From Terriglobia bacterium (GTDB lineage: Bacteria > Acidobacteriota > Terriglobia > JAJPHL01 > JAPKYU01): 64,000 nt of DNA. Below are positions 10,314 to 24,212 of the stretch, in pieces. The stretch spans positions 1,120,001 to 1,184,000 of the forward strand of contig CBDCVK010000010.1 in assembly GCA_965223005.1 (NCBI GenBank). Direction: 5' to 3'. Positions within the stretch are counted from its first letter, which is position 1; each line of letters starts with the position of its first letter. The notes under the pieces were generated by a model. It had not been told where the DNA came from. It searched no databases and saw only the letters and a list, made by a program, of their open reading frames with translations. The translations under genes and the position numbers were made by a program.

Positions 10314-11089
10314 ACGGCCGATATCCTCGTATGCAGCCATTGGCCGGTTCACCACTAACCAGATCTGGAGAAATCAATGAAGACGAGCTCTTGGGCGACG
10401 GTGGGTAGCCCGGCTCCCGACCTTGTCTACTCCAACCTGCAAGGCAAGACCATGCACCTGGCTGAGCTGTGGGCCAAGGGACCGGCGATGCTTGTCTGGC
10501 TTCGCCACTTCGGCTGACAGTTCTTTGTCGAGATACTGGCGCAGTTGCGCGAGAAGTTGGCTGAATTCGAAAGCCGTGGCGTGCGGGTGAGCTGTGTGGT
10601 CCAGGGCACCGCGGAAGAAGCCGCCCGATTCTGTGGAAGACACGAGCTGGCTGAGATCTGCATCGCCGACCCCTCCAAAGAGAGCTATCGGGCCATGAAC
10701 CTGGGACGGGCCTCCTGGCGGAACATCCTCTTCGCCTCTCCGGACTATCGCCGGCGCAGGGCCGAGGCCGGCCAAGCCGGCTGCCGCAACAGCCTAACCG
10801 GGGCGTTGCAGAAGTACAGTGCCGTGCTGCAATTGCCCGGCGCTGCGCTCGTCGCCCGGGGCGGCAACATCCTGTGGCTGCATCGTGGCTCTCATCCCGG
10901 CGATCTGCCCTCTGAGCCTGATCCGATTCAGTGGACGGTTTAGTTACGTTGGTTGAGTCTCTCTCTTTTTTCTTCCTTTCATGAACGCGATAATGGGTGT
11001 GGACGCTGTGGGAAACCGCGTTCTGTGCGGTTTTCCAAGTCACTCGTGGACGCGTTTTCCGCGTCCACAGGGACGGCAGCGTCCATGCC

Positions 11090-11947
11090 CTACGCCGCCA
11101 CGCGTCGCTCGAAGGCGGCCGGACTGATCTGGCCGAGCGTCGAGTGGCGCCGCCGCTGGTTATAGAACACTTCGATGTAGTCGAATAACTCCATCTTGGC
11201 CTCGCCGTTGCTGTCGAAGTGCTCGCGGAGTTCGCTCTTGACCGTCGAGAAGAAGCTTTCCATCACGGCATTGTCGTAGCAATTGCCCCGGCGGCTCATG
11301 CTACAGATGATACCGTGTGTGTCGAGCACGTCTTGGTAGTCCTCGCTCGCATAGGTGCCGCCCTGGTCGGAATGGTGCAGCAGACCGGCGTCGGGGCAGC
11401 GGCGCTTCAGCGCCATCTGGAGCGCCTTGATGGTCAGATGGCGGTCGTTGACGGCGCTCACGGCCCATCCCACGATGAACCGGGAGAACAGATCCAAGAT
11501 CGCCGCAAGGTAGAGCTTCCCGCTGCCGCCGATGACGAACTCCGTCGTGTCGCCGACCCACCGTTGATTCGGCGCGGCCGCCTCAAAGTGTCGGTCCAGG
11601 AGATTGGCCGCCACCGGTTGATCGTGATCACTCATCGTGGTGAGCTTGTACCGCTTGCGCCGCCGCGCCTTCAGCCCGTCTTTCTGCATCAGGCGCACGA
11701 CCCGTTTGCGGCTGACGTGCTCCTCCTGCTCAAGGAGATCCTCGTGAACGCGCGGGCTGCCGTAGCGCTGCTTGCTCGCCTCAAACGACGCCCGCACCAG
11801 CACGGTCAGCCGGCGATCCTCGCGTGCATGCGTTGATTCTGGACGCGCGCGCCAGGCGTAAAAGCCACTCCGCGTGACGTCGAGCCAGCGGCAGAGCTTC
11901 GTGAGCGGGTAGGTGGCCTTCTCCGCCTGGATCCACGCGAACTTCAC
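11090..11947 (-). CDS. IS3 transposase OrfB (DDE/rve domain)
   Basis: YGSPR, WVGDTT, HHSDQG, DNAVMESFF, YNQRRRHSTLG. Confidence 0.93.
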   Translation of the reverse strand: MKFAWIQAEKATYPLTKLCRWLDVTRSGFYAWRARPESTHAREDRRLTVLVRASFEASKQRYGSPRVHEDLLEQEEHVSRKRVVRLMQKDGLKARRRKRYKLTTMSDHDQPVAANLLDRHFEAAAPNQRWVGDTTEFVIGGSGKLYLAAILDLFSRFIVGWAVSAVNDRHLTIKALQMALKRRCPDAGLLHHSDQGGTYASEDYQDVLDTHGIICSMSRRGNCYDNAVMESFFSTVKSELREHFDSNGEAKMELFDYIEVFYNQRRRHSTLGQISPAAFERRVAA

Positions 11948-12261
11948 AGGTGGTCCTTCGCGAAGAAGGCCGTGGCTTTTTTTAGGACGTCGCGCTCCAT
12001 CCGCAGCTCGCGATTGTCTTTGCGTAGGCGCGCCAGCTCGGCGCGCTCCTCGGTCGTCAGCCCCGTCTTGCCCTTCGTCCGATCGGCACGTGCCTGCTTC
12101 ACCCACTGCGCCAGGGCCGATGGCGTCAGATCCAACTCGCGCGCGACGGCGCCGACCGTCTTGCCCGCATCCAAGACCAGCCGAACGGCTCCGATCCGGA
12201 ACTCCTCACTGAACTGTCGTCGCGCCCGTCTCCCTGCCTTCGTTGATCCCATTCTGGACAT
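11944..12261 (-). CDS. IS3 transposase OrfA (HTH)
   Basis: RRQFSEEFRIGAVRLV...VARELDL...LRMERDVLKKA. Confidence 0.9.
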   Translation of the reverse strand: MSRMGSTKAGRRARRQFSEEFRIGAVRLVLDAGKTVGAVARELDLTPSALAQWVKQARADRTKGKTGLTTEERAELARLRKDNRELRMERDVLKKATAFFAKDHL

Positions 12262-12462
12262 CGTATCCGCCTTTCGGAACGTGTCCACGAAACCGGATCA
12301 AGCCCACTCCGCCGAAGCGCTTCTCAAGGTAGTGGATCAACACTTGGAACGGCCTACAGCTTCGTCCTGAAGCTGGGTCGTCTTTGCTGCCTGCACCCTG
12401 CCGTGCCTTTGCTCCAAACCCCAAGGAGCAACACCAAATCTGCCACGTGTCATAATGGGGGG

Positions 12463-13971
12463 ATGTTGGTGCGCGTGCGCTTTGCACCCAGCCCGACCGG
12501 GCAACTGCACGTGGGCAACGCGCGTACGGCGCTGTTCAATTGGTTGTTTGCTCGGCAACAGGGCGGTGCGGTTATTGTACGCATTGAAGACACTGATGTC
12601 GAGCGCTCCGAGCCGGGCTCCGAGGCACAGTTAATCGGCGAGCTTCGCTGGCTGGGCCTGGATTGGGACGAAGGCCCCGACGTCGGTGGCCCGCACGGCC
12701 CCTACCGGCAGTCCGAGCGCCTTCCCCTTTACCGGAAATACGGCGGTCAGCTGATTGATACCGGCTCGGCCTACTACTGCTTCTGCAGCCCGGAGCAACT
12801 GGAGGCGGACCGGCGGGCGGCGCTGGCTGCGGGCCGCCAGCCGATGTATGCCGGACGCTGCCGCGACATCGCCCCGACCGAGGCCCGGGCGCGGCGAAGC
12901 CGGGGCGAGCCCGCCTCCATCCGGCTGAAGATTCCCCCGCGTCCCATCCGCTTCCACGACCTGGTTCACGGGGAGGTGGAATTTTCCCACGAAGTGATTG
13001 GCGACCCCATCCTGCTGCGCTCCGACGCCACGCCGGCCTACAACTACGCCGTCGTGGTGGATGACGCGCTGATGGCGATTACCCATGTGATCCGGGGCGA
13101 CGACCACCTGTCCAACACGCCGCGCCAGGTGGCCGTTTACCAGGCGCTGGGCTGGGGAGCACCGCAGTTTGCGCACCTCTCCACCATTCTGGGCAGCGAC
13201 CACACCCGGCTGAGCAAGCGCCACGGCGCCACCTCGGTCAGCCACTTTCACCAGCTCGGCATCCTGCCGGAGGCGCTGATGAACTACCTGTCGTTACTGG
13301 GCTGGTCGTCTGGCGAAAGCAATCGGGAAATCTTCTCGCCGTCGGAGCTGGTGGAAGCCTTCCGCCTGGACCAGGTGACGAAGGGCCCGGCAATGTTCAA
13401 TCCGGAGAAACTCTACTGGCTGAATCGTCATTACTTGAAACAGGCTGACGCGGAGCGAGTGCTGCAGCTGGCCATCGGCGTCTTCCAGCAGGCTGGGCTG
13501 GTCGGCGAAACGCCAGACCAGTCGACGCACGGCTGGCTGGGCAATGTGCTGGAAACGGTTCTGTCCTCGGTAGACCACCTGAGCCAGTTACCCGAGCGCA
13601 CCGAGTTGATCTTTGCCTATGAGGCGCGCACCGCACTGCACTTGCCGCCCAACCAGGAAGTGCTGGCCGCGCCGGGAGCCGCCGAAGTGCTGACCAGTTT
13701 CCTGAGCCACGTGCTGCCCGACGGAGAGTTGACCGGCGAGCTGACCGTGGAACGCTTTCGCCAGATCATGGACGCCGTGAAGCGAGAGACGCAGCAGAAA
13801 GGCAAACGCCTGTTCCACCCGGTGCGGGTGGCGATCACCGGCCATCCTTCGGGGCCCGAGCTGGACAAGCTGATTCCGCTGCTGGAAGCGGGCAGCCGCC
13901 TTCCTCTGCCTCGCCATGTGAAGAGTGCGAGGGAGCGCCTGGAGGAGTTCGCTCGCGAGTATCGCCGGTAG
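12463..13971 (+). CDS. gltX: Glutamate--tRNA ligase
   Basis: RFAPSPTGQLHVGN, RIEDTD, IRGDDH, RLSKRHG. Confidence 0.95.
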   Translation: MLVRVRFAPSPTGQLHVGNARTALFNWLFARQQGGAVIVRIEDTDVERSEPGSEAQLIGELRWLGLDWDEGPDVGGPHGPYRQSERLPLYRKYGGQLIDTGSAYYCFCSPEQLEADRRAALAAGRQPMYAGRCRDIAPTEARARRSRGEPASIRLKIPPRPIRFHDLVHGEVEFSHEVIGDPILLRSDATPAYNYAVVVDDALMAITHVIRGDDHLSNTPRQVAVYQALGWGAPQFAHLSTILGSDHTRLSKRHGATSVSHFHQLGILPEALMNYLSLLGWSSGESNREIFSPSELVEAFRLDQVTKGPAMFNPEKLYWLNRHYLKQADAERVLQLAIGVFQQAGLVGETPDQSTHGWLGNVLETVLSSVDHLSQLPERTELIFAYEARTALHLPPNQEVLAAPGAAEVLTSFLSHVLPDGELTGELTVERFRQIMDAVKRETQQKGKRLFHPVRVAITGHPSGPELDKLIPLLEAGSRLPLPRHVKSARERLEEFAREYRR

Positions 13972-14021
13972 CGGCACCCTTTAGGGTGCCACTTGGCCGG
14001 GCACGCCTATGACCACCGCTT

Positions 14022-14768
14022 ATGACCACCATCGCCGGTATCCACGCCGTTCGTGAAGCGTTGCGCGCCGGGCGCCCGCTCGAGCGCGTGCACGTGCAGG
14101 AGCAGCACAAGCCGTCTGCGCGGCTGCGCGAGATTCTGGAGCTGTGTCGCCGTGACGGGGTTCCCGTGCGTCGGGGAACGCGCGCGCAATTGGACCGCTT
14201 GGCGCCGGGAGCCGTGCACCAGGGCGTGCTGGCAATGGCCGGGGCGCACCCCTACGCGGAACTCGAGGCAGTCCTGGAACGGCTGGAGCATGCCGGGGCC
14301 AGCCATCGCGGCCTCCTGGTGGTGCTGGATGGCATAGAAGACCCGCACAACCTGGGCGCGATCATCCGCAGCGCCCACGCCGTCGGCGCCGATGCCGTGG
14401 TGATTCCCGAGCGACGCGCTGCGGGCCTGACTCCGGCGGCGGCCAAGGCTGCTGCCGGCGCCCTGGAGTATCTTCCGGTGGCGCGGGTCACCAACGTGGG
14501 ACGTGCGCTTGAGGATTTGAAACGTCGCGGCTTCTGGATCGTCGGCCTGGACGAGCACAGTCAGAAGAGCCTGCTCCAGATAGACCTGACTGTCCCGACC
14601 GTGCTTGTGCTGGGCGCCGAGGGACATGGCCTACACCAGCAGACGCGCCAGAAGTGCGATTTCCTGGCCTCGATTCCCGTCGTCGGCCGCCTGGCTACGC
14701 TGAACGTCTCGGTGGCTGCGGGGGTCGCTTTGTTCGAAGCCCTGCGCCAGCGCCGCCCTCCGGCCTAG
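14022..14768 (+). CDS. rlmB: 23S rRNA (Gm2251) methyltransferase, SpoU family
   Basis: HQGV, LDGIEDPHNLGAIIRS, GAEGHG, LNVSVAAG. Confidence 0.93.
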   Translation: MTTIAGIHAVREALRAGRPLERVHVQEQHKPSARLREILELCRRDGVPVRRGTRAQLDRLAPGAVHQGVLAMAGAHPYAELEAVLERLEHAGASHRGLLVVLDGIEDPHNLGAIIRSAHAVGADAVVIPERRAAGLTPAAAKAAAGALEYLPVARVTNVGRALEDLKRRGFWIVGLDEHSQKSLLQIDLTVPTVLVLGAEGHGLHQQTRQKCDFLASIPVVGRLATLNVSVAAGVALFEALRQRRPPA

Positions 14769-14906
14769 CGGCATGCCTCCACTCCTCCGGCATTAGATGA
14801 TCCTAGCCCTGCCATGTCATCCCGAGCGCAGCAAGGGAGATGCTTTTCAACGACAGCAAACGCTATCGCTGACAGGGGCAGTGAAGTCCACACTGGTTAA
14901 TTGAAG

Positions 14907-15953
<1,047 letters not shown>

Positions 15954-15981
15954 GCGAAAACCGCCGAATTCACCATTTCCT

Positions 15982-16776
15982 TCAGCCGAACTGTCGAAAA
16001 CCCTGCGTGGCGAAATATAGCAGTATGAACAAGGTGGTGTTGTACGCCAAGTGCATGAAATAGGGCGGGGCCAACGAGCCGGTCCGTCCGCGAGTCCAGG
16101 CGAGCACCAGGCCGATTCCGAAGATGGCCGCCACCTGCAGTGCCCCGCCACGGAGTTGGGGGACGTGGATGACAGCAAACAGCAGCGAGGTGCTCCAGAT
16201 TGCCACGCGCAGCCCCCCGGCCCGTTCGAACGCGGCGAACAGGAAGCCGCGGAAAAGCACCTCCTCCACCAGCGGCGCCACCAGAATGCCGAAGGCAGCC
16301 AGCAGGTAGGCCGCCTCCTGGTTGTGGAACAGTCGCTCGATCGGGAGTCTGGTTTCGTTGGGAAGCGAGAGGATCTGCACCAGCACAGCCAGAGCTGCCC
16401 CGGCAAGAACGAAGTTGGCCACGCCGGTGCCGGGAGCACGCGGCCAGCGCAGTCCGGCCCAGAACGGAAATCGGTGCTTGAACCGGATCACCGAATAGAT
16501 GTAGAGCATCAGCAGCAGATAAAGGAAGCTCTGCAGCAGTAACACGACCAGCACATTGGCCTTTGGTGCAGGCTCCTCCGGAGCGGGCAGCATGCCCAAG
16601 GCGGCCAGGAACAGCAGGAACAGCACGACGGGCAGGGCCTCTAGCAAACTCCAGGCGGGCTGTGCTCCTGCAGGCGCCGGCTCGGCCACACCGGCTGCCG
16701 TAGCGGGGGGACCACCGGGCGGCGGCCGGGCCGGGGCAGATTGCGGTTCCAGTTTCGAATTGCTGCTATCAGCCAT
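15982..16776 (-). CDS. CPBP (CAAX/Abi) intramembrane metalloprotease
   Basis: [17 protein letters not shown] motifs, multiple TM segments. Confidence 0.88.
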   Translation of the reverse strand: MADSSNSKLEPQSAPARPPPGGPPATAAGVAEPAPAGAQPAWSLLEALPVVLFLLFLAALGMLPAPEEPAPKANVLVVLLLQSFLYLLLMLYIYSVIRFKHRFPFWAGLRWPRAPGTGVANFVLAGAALAVLVQILSLPNETRLPIERLFHNQEAAYLLAAFGILVAPLVEEVLFRGFLFAAFERAGGLRVAIWSTSLLFAVIHVPQLRGGALQVAAIFGIGLVLAWTRGRTGSLAPPYFMHLAYNTTLFILLYFATQGFRQFG

Positions 16777-16844
16777 TGCCTCTCGTCTGGTTTAACCAGG
16801 CTGGCGAAGCGGCCAAGGTCTTGTTGCCGCCCCGCCCTGCCACT

Positions 16845-19649
<2,805 letters not shown>

Positions 19650-19867
19650 GCCCCTCAGCCAGACCTTGCAGCAGGCATGTCGCCACAGGTAGGAATTTCG
19701 GCGACTGCCTAACCCAGCAATGTTACTTCATGGCGGAAAGAAGGGTCAATTCTGAGACCAGCACATATTCTTAAAAGAAATATGAATCGTTCTATCTATA
19801 CGCCACATCTCATGCAGTGAATCCGATGATGATTCGAATGAGGCATCAACAAAGAGAAGGAGCAAGC

Positions 19868-20827
19868 ATGACTAAAACTGTCCTGATCACCGGCGCATCG
19901 ACTGGCTTTGGCCGCGACACTGCCGAAACTCTAGCCCGCGCTGGCCACAAAGTGTTTGCCTCGATGCGCGATCCGGAAGCCAAGAACCGTGCCCACGCGG
20001 ACGCACTCCGAGGCCAGAACATCGAAGTCGTCGAGCTCGATGTCACTGATTCCCAATCGGTCGATCGAGCTGTCGCCGCGGTTGTCGCGAAGGCAGGTCG
20101 CATCGATGTCCTGATTAACAATGCCGGCGTCGCAGCGGCCGGCGTGTCGGAAGCGTTCACGCCCGAGCAGGCGACCGCGCTGTTCGACGTCAACGTCATC
20201 GGCCTACATCGGGTAACCCGTGCGGTGCTGCCACACCTCCGTCGCCGCAATGACGGCCTGATCATCAACATCAGCTCGGTCCTCGGTCGCGTCACCTTCC
20301 CCTTTTTCGGGCTCTATAGCGCGAGCAAGTTCGCGGTCGAGGCTCTGACCGACAGTTTCCGCTACGAGGTCTCACAGCTCGGAGTCGACGTCGCTCTTGT
20401 GCAACCCAGCGCCTACCCCACACAGATGTATGCCAGCGCGATTCAACCGGCTGACAGCACCCGAGTGGCGGAGTACGGTGCCGTGGGGGAGATCCCCGGC
20501 GCCATGTTCCAGCATTTCACCACCATGTTGTCAGCGCCAGACGCGCCGAACCCTCACGATATCGCCGAAGCAATCGCCAAACTGATCGTCACCCCAAGGG
20601 GTGACCGACCAGCGCGCACCGTAGTGGGCGCCAGCTATGGCGCGGATACCCTGAACGACGCGACAGAACCAGTTCAGTCGAGCGCAGTCAAGGCACTCGG
20701 CCTCGGCCATCTTGCGACGGCACCGAGCGTGCTCACGAAAAGCGCATGGTTGCACGCGCCGGGCCGGCGACACAGCCGGCCCGGCGCATCTCGGGCTTTC
20801 AGCCTACAAGGAGAGAGCGCGCCATGA
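19868..20827 (+). CDS. Short-chain dehydrogenase/reductase
   Basis: TGASTGFG, NNAG, YSASK. Confidence 0.92.
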   Translation: MTKTVLITGASTGFGRDTAETLARAGHKVFASMRDPEAKNRAHADALRGQNIEVVELDVTDSQSVDRAVAAVVAKAGRIDVLINNAGVAAAGVSEAFTPEQATALFDVNVIGLHRVTRAVLPHLRRRNDGLIINISSVLGRVTFPFFGLYSASKFAVEALTDSFRYEVSQLGVDVALVQPSAYPTQMYASAIQPADSTRVAEYGAVGEIPGAMFQHFTTMLSAPDAPNPHDIAEAIAKLIVTPRGDRPARTVVGASYGADTLNDATEPVQSSAVKALGLGHLATAPSVLTKSAWLHAPGRRHSRPGASRAFSLQGESAP

Positions 20828-21219
20828 CCACTCCAGTTAAGCTTGTCCAGAAGTTCTATGCAGCACTCAGCAGCGGCGACATACCGACCATTTTGGCAGT
20901 CCTTGATCCCGACCTGAAGTGGACCGAGGCTGAGAGATTCCCCTACTACGGCGGAACCTGGCACAGTCCCCAGGCCGTCATCGATAATTTACTGGTCCCG
21001 CTTGGTCGCGACTGGGAGGGCTTTTCAGCCAAAGTCGACGATTTTATAGCCCAAGATAACCGCGTCGTGGCATTCGGAACTTACTCTGGAACGTACAAGC
21101 AGACAGGGCATTCTATGTCTTCGCCCTTTGCGCATTTGTGGGCAGCTTGTGATGGACGGCTGTCGCACTTTGCCCAGTACACCGACACGGCCAAGGTCCT
21201 GGAAGCGCTCCGACCCTGA
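20824..21219 (+). CDS. SnoaL/NTF2-like protein
   Basis: VQKFYAALSSGD...W...YTDTAK pattern; ATGA overlap with the SDR. Confidence 0.85.
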   Translation: MTTPVKLVQKFYAALSSGDIPTILAVLDPDLKWTEAERFPYYGGTWHSPQAVIDNLLVPLGRDWEGFSAKVDDFIAQDNRVVAFGTYSGTYKQTGHSMSSPFAHLWAACDGRLSHFAQYTDTAKVLEALRP

Positions 21220-21228
21220 GCAGCCCGC

Positions 21229-22458
21229 CTAGGCGGGCTTGCGGGCAAACTTGTCGGCCCAGCGGATGCGCCCCGTCAGTTGCATCACTACGAACAGAGT
21301 CAGGATCGAGCCGATGGTGATCGCCAACCCCGTAAAGCCTTTGAAGAAGAAGGCGTAGGAGAACAGGATCAGGTAGATCAACTGTGCCGTTCCTGCTTCC
21401 ACGGCCGCGAAACGCATCCCCACTACCAGGCGCAGGTAGCTCACGACCAGAAGAATGGAGACCGCCGAGCAGATGACGAATGCCGCGTGGATCGAGATGT
21501 GGTCCACCAGGTAAGCCAGCAACAGGTGAAACGAGAAGAAGGCGCACGCCAGAAAGAAGTAGTTCATCGGATGCAGGTCAATGGCCCGCAGGGTGGTGAT
21601 GATGAACAGCAGGAAAAAAAAGAAGAAGAGCGACACCGGCGCGAAAAAGCTGATACGCCCCGCCAGCGGCCCCGGCTGCAGCTTCTCCGGCATCGCCATG
21701 CCTATCTGAAGGCCCGAGACGAGGTTCTTGTACGCCCAGGTGAGCTCCCAGCCGTCGGCCGTTTCGCGCTTCTCCGAGGGTGAGAGCGTGTCCGGCGGGA
21801 AATCAATCTCCTTGAAGTTGGTGGCCATCTTCAGCTGGAAGTCACGCACCTGAGCCACCTCGCCGCCGAAGCTGTACTGCCAGGTGTCGAGCCCCTGGGA
21901 ACGGTAGCCAACCTGAAGCACCACCGTCTTCCCAGCGGGGACGCGAGTGGTAGCTCTGGCCGCGCCTTTCCGGTTCCTCACCACCAGCGGAACGCCATCC
22001 ACCAGGAACGACAGGTCATCGTAGATGGCCTGGGCGGCGGGAAAATCTAGCGAGAAGGCGACTTGCTCGTCCCGGCTACTGGTGTTCTGGAAGGTATAGG
22101 CGCCGGCGAAGACAACCTTGTACGTGCTGTGCCAGAGCAATCCCTTTCGCCGATGTTCCAGGTCCAATTGCACGTCCACCCGGCTGCTCAAAAGTGCCAG
22201 CGGGGTCACCACTCGCTCCTGTTCGGTGCGAAGGACCGTCTTACCCTGCTCCACGCGCTCGACCTTCCTGGAGAAGACCCGTTCATAGGAGGCCGCCGGC
22301 GGGGCCTGCTGCTGCGGCGCGCCCCAATTGGAAACCACCCGGCCGCGCAGCTCGGAGCGAGAAGCGTGGGTCCGGGAGAAGATGGTGGCGCCTAGAATCG
22401 CCCAGGCGACCGCGGTGCAGGCGAAGATGAAAACGATGGCGGCGATGCGCCGGGTCAT
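21229..22458 (-). CDS. CreD-like inner membrane protein
   Basis: N-terminal TM, periplasmic domain, LHPMNY motif, six C-terminal TMs. Confidence 0.7.
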   Translation of the reverse strand: MTRRIAAIVFIFACTAVAWAILGATIFSRTHASRSELRGRVVSNWGAPQQQAPPAASYERVFSRKVERVEQGKTVLRTEQERVVTPLALLSSRVDVQLDLEHRRKGLLWHSTYKVVFAGAYTFQNTSSRDEQVAFSLDFPAAQAIYDDLSFLVDGVPLVVRNRKGAARATTRVPAGKTVVLQVGYRSQGLDTWQYSFGGEVAQVRDFQLKMATNFKEIDFPPDTLSPSEKRETADGWELTWAYKNLVSGLQIGMAMPEKLQPGPLAGRISFFAPVSLFFFFFLLFIITTLRAIDLHPMNYFFLACAFFSFHLLLAYLVDHISIHAAFVICSAVSILLVVSYLRLVVGMRFAAVEAGTAQLIYLILFSYAFFFKGFTGLAITIGSILTLFVVMQLTGRIRWADKFARKPA

Positions 22459-22564
22459 AGGTACCTCCATTGCGCTGTAATATACTTTGCAGTACAAAGT
22501 AATCTATCATCGTACTCTTGTCAAGCCCTTTTTGACTGGTGTCCCTGCACCGCGGGAAGCGGAG

Positions 22565-23293
22565 TCAGTTTTCGGTCGAGGCGGGGAAACGAACAACGGG
22601 CCAGCCGCGCTCGGCGGCCAACTCGGCCAGCGCCGGCTCGGGTTCGACGGCCACGGGCAGCTGGGCCAGCTCCAGCATGGCCGAGTCGGAAAGCATGTTG
22701 CCCGCGGCCAGGTCGGGGTAGCGGCCGAGCCGCTGGCGAATGGCTTCGGCTTTGCCCGCGCCGAAGGGTACCGGGAGCAGAACCTCAGGGCTCAGCAGCC
22801 CATCGCGGATTACGGTTTCCACCGCCATCAGGCGTTGTTCGGGGATGCCGACCGCGCGGGCTCCGGCGGATACAATCCAGCGGTGGCTGCCCGACACCAG
22901 CCACACCTCGACGCCGGCTTCCTGCAGGCGGCGGGCCCAGGCCTGGGTTTCCGGCACAATCAGGTGGCGAATGTGGCGCTCGAAGAAGTTGCGAGCGTCG
23001 GCCTCCACCAGCTCTTCGGGCAATCCCCGCAGGCAAGTGGCGCAGAGGATAGCCAGCGCCAGGTCATTCAACTCGCCGCGGCAGTGCGCATCCCAGCCAT
23101 CGCGGGCTTCGCGCTCCGCCCTGGCCGGCAGGCGGCTGTTCTCGATCTGCCACAGGAGGAACCGGTTGCCCGCGTCCTCGCGCCACAGCACGCCGTCGGC
23201 GTCCAGCGTAACCAGCCCGGCGCCGCGCGCGCACAATTCGGCGACGACGGCTTCCACCCGGGCCCGGTCGGAGGCAGTTCCGTTACCTGACAC
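22565..23293 (-). CDS. HAD-superfamily phosphatase (SerB-like/HAD-IB)
   Basis: DADGVLW, VSGS, GKA, GNMLSD motifs. Confidence 0.8.
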   Translation of the reverse strand: MSGNGTASDRARVEAVVAELCARGAGLVTLDADGVLWREDAGNRFLLWQIENSRLPARAEREARDGWDAHCRGELNDLALAILCATCLRGLPEELVEADARNFFERHIRHLIVPETQAWARRLQEAGVEVWLVSGSHRWIVSAGARAVGIPEQRLMAVETVIRDGLLSPEVLLPVPFGAGKAEAIRQRLGRYPDLAAGNMLSDSAMLELAQLPVAVEPEPALAELAAERGWPVVRFPASTEN

Positions 23294-23309
23294 TGCGCTT
23301 CATCTCTTG

Positions 23310-23369
23310 GATTGGCTCGGACTGGCCTCGACTGGCTCGGACTGGCCACGGCTGGCTCGGACTGGCTTC
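23310..23369. repeat. 10-bp tandem repeat x6 (20-bp superperiod)
   Basis: gattggctcg gactggcctc gactggctcg gactggccac ggctggctcg gactggcttc. Confidence 0.85.
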
Positions 23370-23377
23370 ATGCTCCC

Positions 23378-23656
23378 TCATCCTCCCTCATCTAGGGTAA
23401 CGACATCCACGACGCCAACCACGGCCATGTCCACCGGCGACTGCGGGCGCTCGACACTGGCCCCTGCTGACCAGCCCTCCTGCACGACAAGCACCCGGTC
23501 GCCCACGCCGGCATCCACCGCGTCCAACGCCAGCGCAGGATCACCGTGGGCGCTGCCGTCTAACTGGAGCGGCTGTACCACAAGAATCTTCTGTCCTTTG
23601 TGGGATGCATGCTTCTGCGTGGCAACCACATTACCGAGGACCCGGGCGAGAATCAC
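23378..23656 (-). CDS. BMC vertex protein (BMC-P, EutN/CcmL)
   Basis: ILARVLGNVVATQK...ALDAVDAGVGDRVL...VVGVVD. Confidence 0.9.
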   Translation of the reverse strand: MILARVLGNVVATQKHASHKGQKILVVQPLQLDGSAHGDPALALDAVDAGVGDRVLVVQEGWSAGASVERPQSPVDMAVVGVVDVVTLDEGG

Positions 23657-23916
23657 GTGTGAACCTCGTCCACAATGCCTACCACGGCGGCCTCCACCGG
23701 CACCTCGGCAGGCAGCCAGGGGAAGGAAGCTTCGCGGCCGCGGCAGAAGTAGACCAGTTCGGCGGCGCCAGCGCCGACGGCGTCCAGGGCCACCAGCGGC
23801 TTGCCGCTCGCGCGGCCGTGCGGGTCCACCGGCTGGAGGACCAGCATCTTCTTGCCTTCCAGGGTATCGTTCTTCATGGTGGCCCAGACGCGGCCCACCA
23901 CACGCGCCAGCGTCAT
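23653..23916 (-). CDS. BMC vertex protein (BMC-P, EutN/CcmL)
   Basis: LARVVGRVWATMK...ALDAVGAG...VVGIVD. Confidence 0.9.
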   Translation of the reverse strand: MTLARVVGRVWATMKNDTLEGKKMLVLQPVDPHGRASGKPLVALDAVGAGAAELVYFCRGREASFPWLPAEVPVEAAVVGIVDEVHT

Positions 23917-24206
23917 TGCTTTCTCCCGGTCGCTTCCTCTTCGTCCATCTCGACCGTATCCACGATGCCGACAATGGCCGAGTCCACAGGAGTGTCCTTG
24001 AGGCCGCTGGCCATGCGGGCCGAACTGCCGGAGACGATCAGCACCGTCTCGCGAAATCCGGCGCCGACCGTGTCCACGGCCACCACATAGCCGGCTTCGT
24101 CCTTGCCCTGTGGGGAAATGAGTTTGGCCACCAGCAGCTTCTTCCCCTCCAGGCGGGGGTCCTTGCGGGTGGCCACGACGGTGCCGACAATCCGGGCCAG
24201 GATCAT
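23913..24206 (-). CDS. BMC vertex protein (BMC-P, EutN/CcmL)
   Basis: ILARIVGTVVATRK...AVDTVGAG...GSSAR...IVGIVD. Confidence 0.93.
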   Translation of the reverse strand: MILARIVGTVVATRKDPRLEGKKLLVAKLISPQGKDEAGYVVAVDTVGAGFRETVLIVSGSSARMASGLKDTPVDSAIVGIVDTVEMDEEEATGRKQ

Positions 24207-24212
24207 GCGCGC

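Larger units (their letters stand above)
10913..12306 (-). mobile_element. IS3-family insertion sequence, copy 1 (1394 bp)
   Basis: TG...CA ends, imperfect terminal IRs (TGAGCCTGATCCGATTCAGTGGAC / TGGGCTTGATCCGGTTTCGTGGAC), 3-bp target duplication CTC, orfA/orfB. Confidence 0.95.
10377..12370 (+). pseudogene. Peroxiredoxin-like (AhpC/TSA_2, SelL/PRXL2-like) probable selenoprotein, interrupted by IS3 at 10913-12306
   Basis: ATG 10377 with GGAG RBS; APD...LRHFG(TGA 10515-10517)QFF...QLPGAALV; removing the IS and one CTC duplication joins GDLPS-AEALLKVVDQHLERPTASS* in frame. Confidence 0.8.

Noticed and set aside
19740-21219. SDR-SnoaL pair as a mobile islet
   Set aside because: The upstream region is AT-rich, but I found no flanking repeats or mobility genes.
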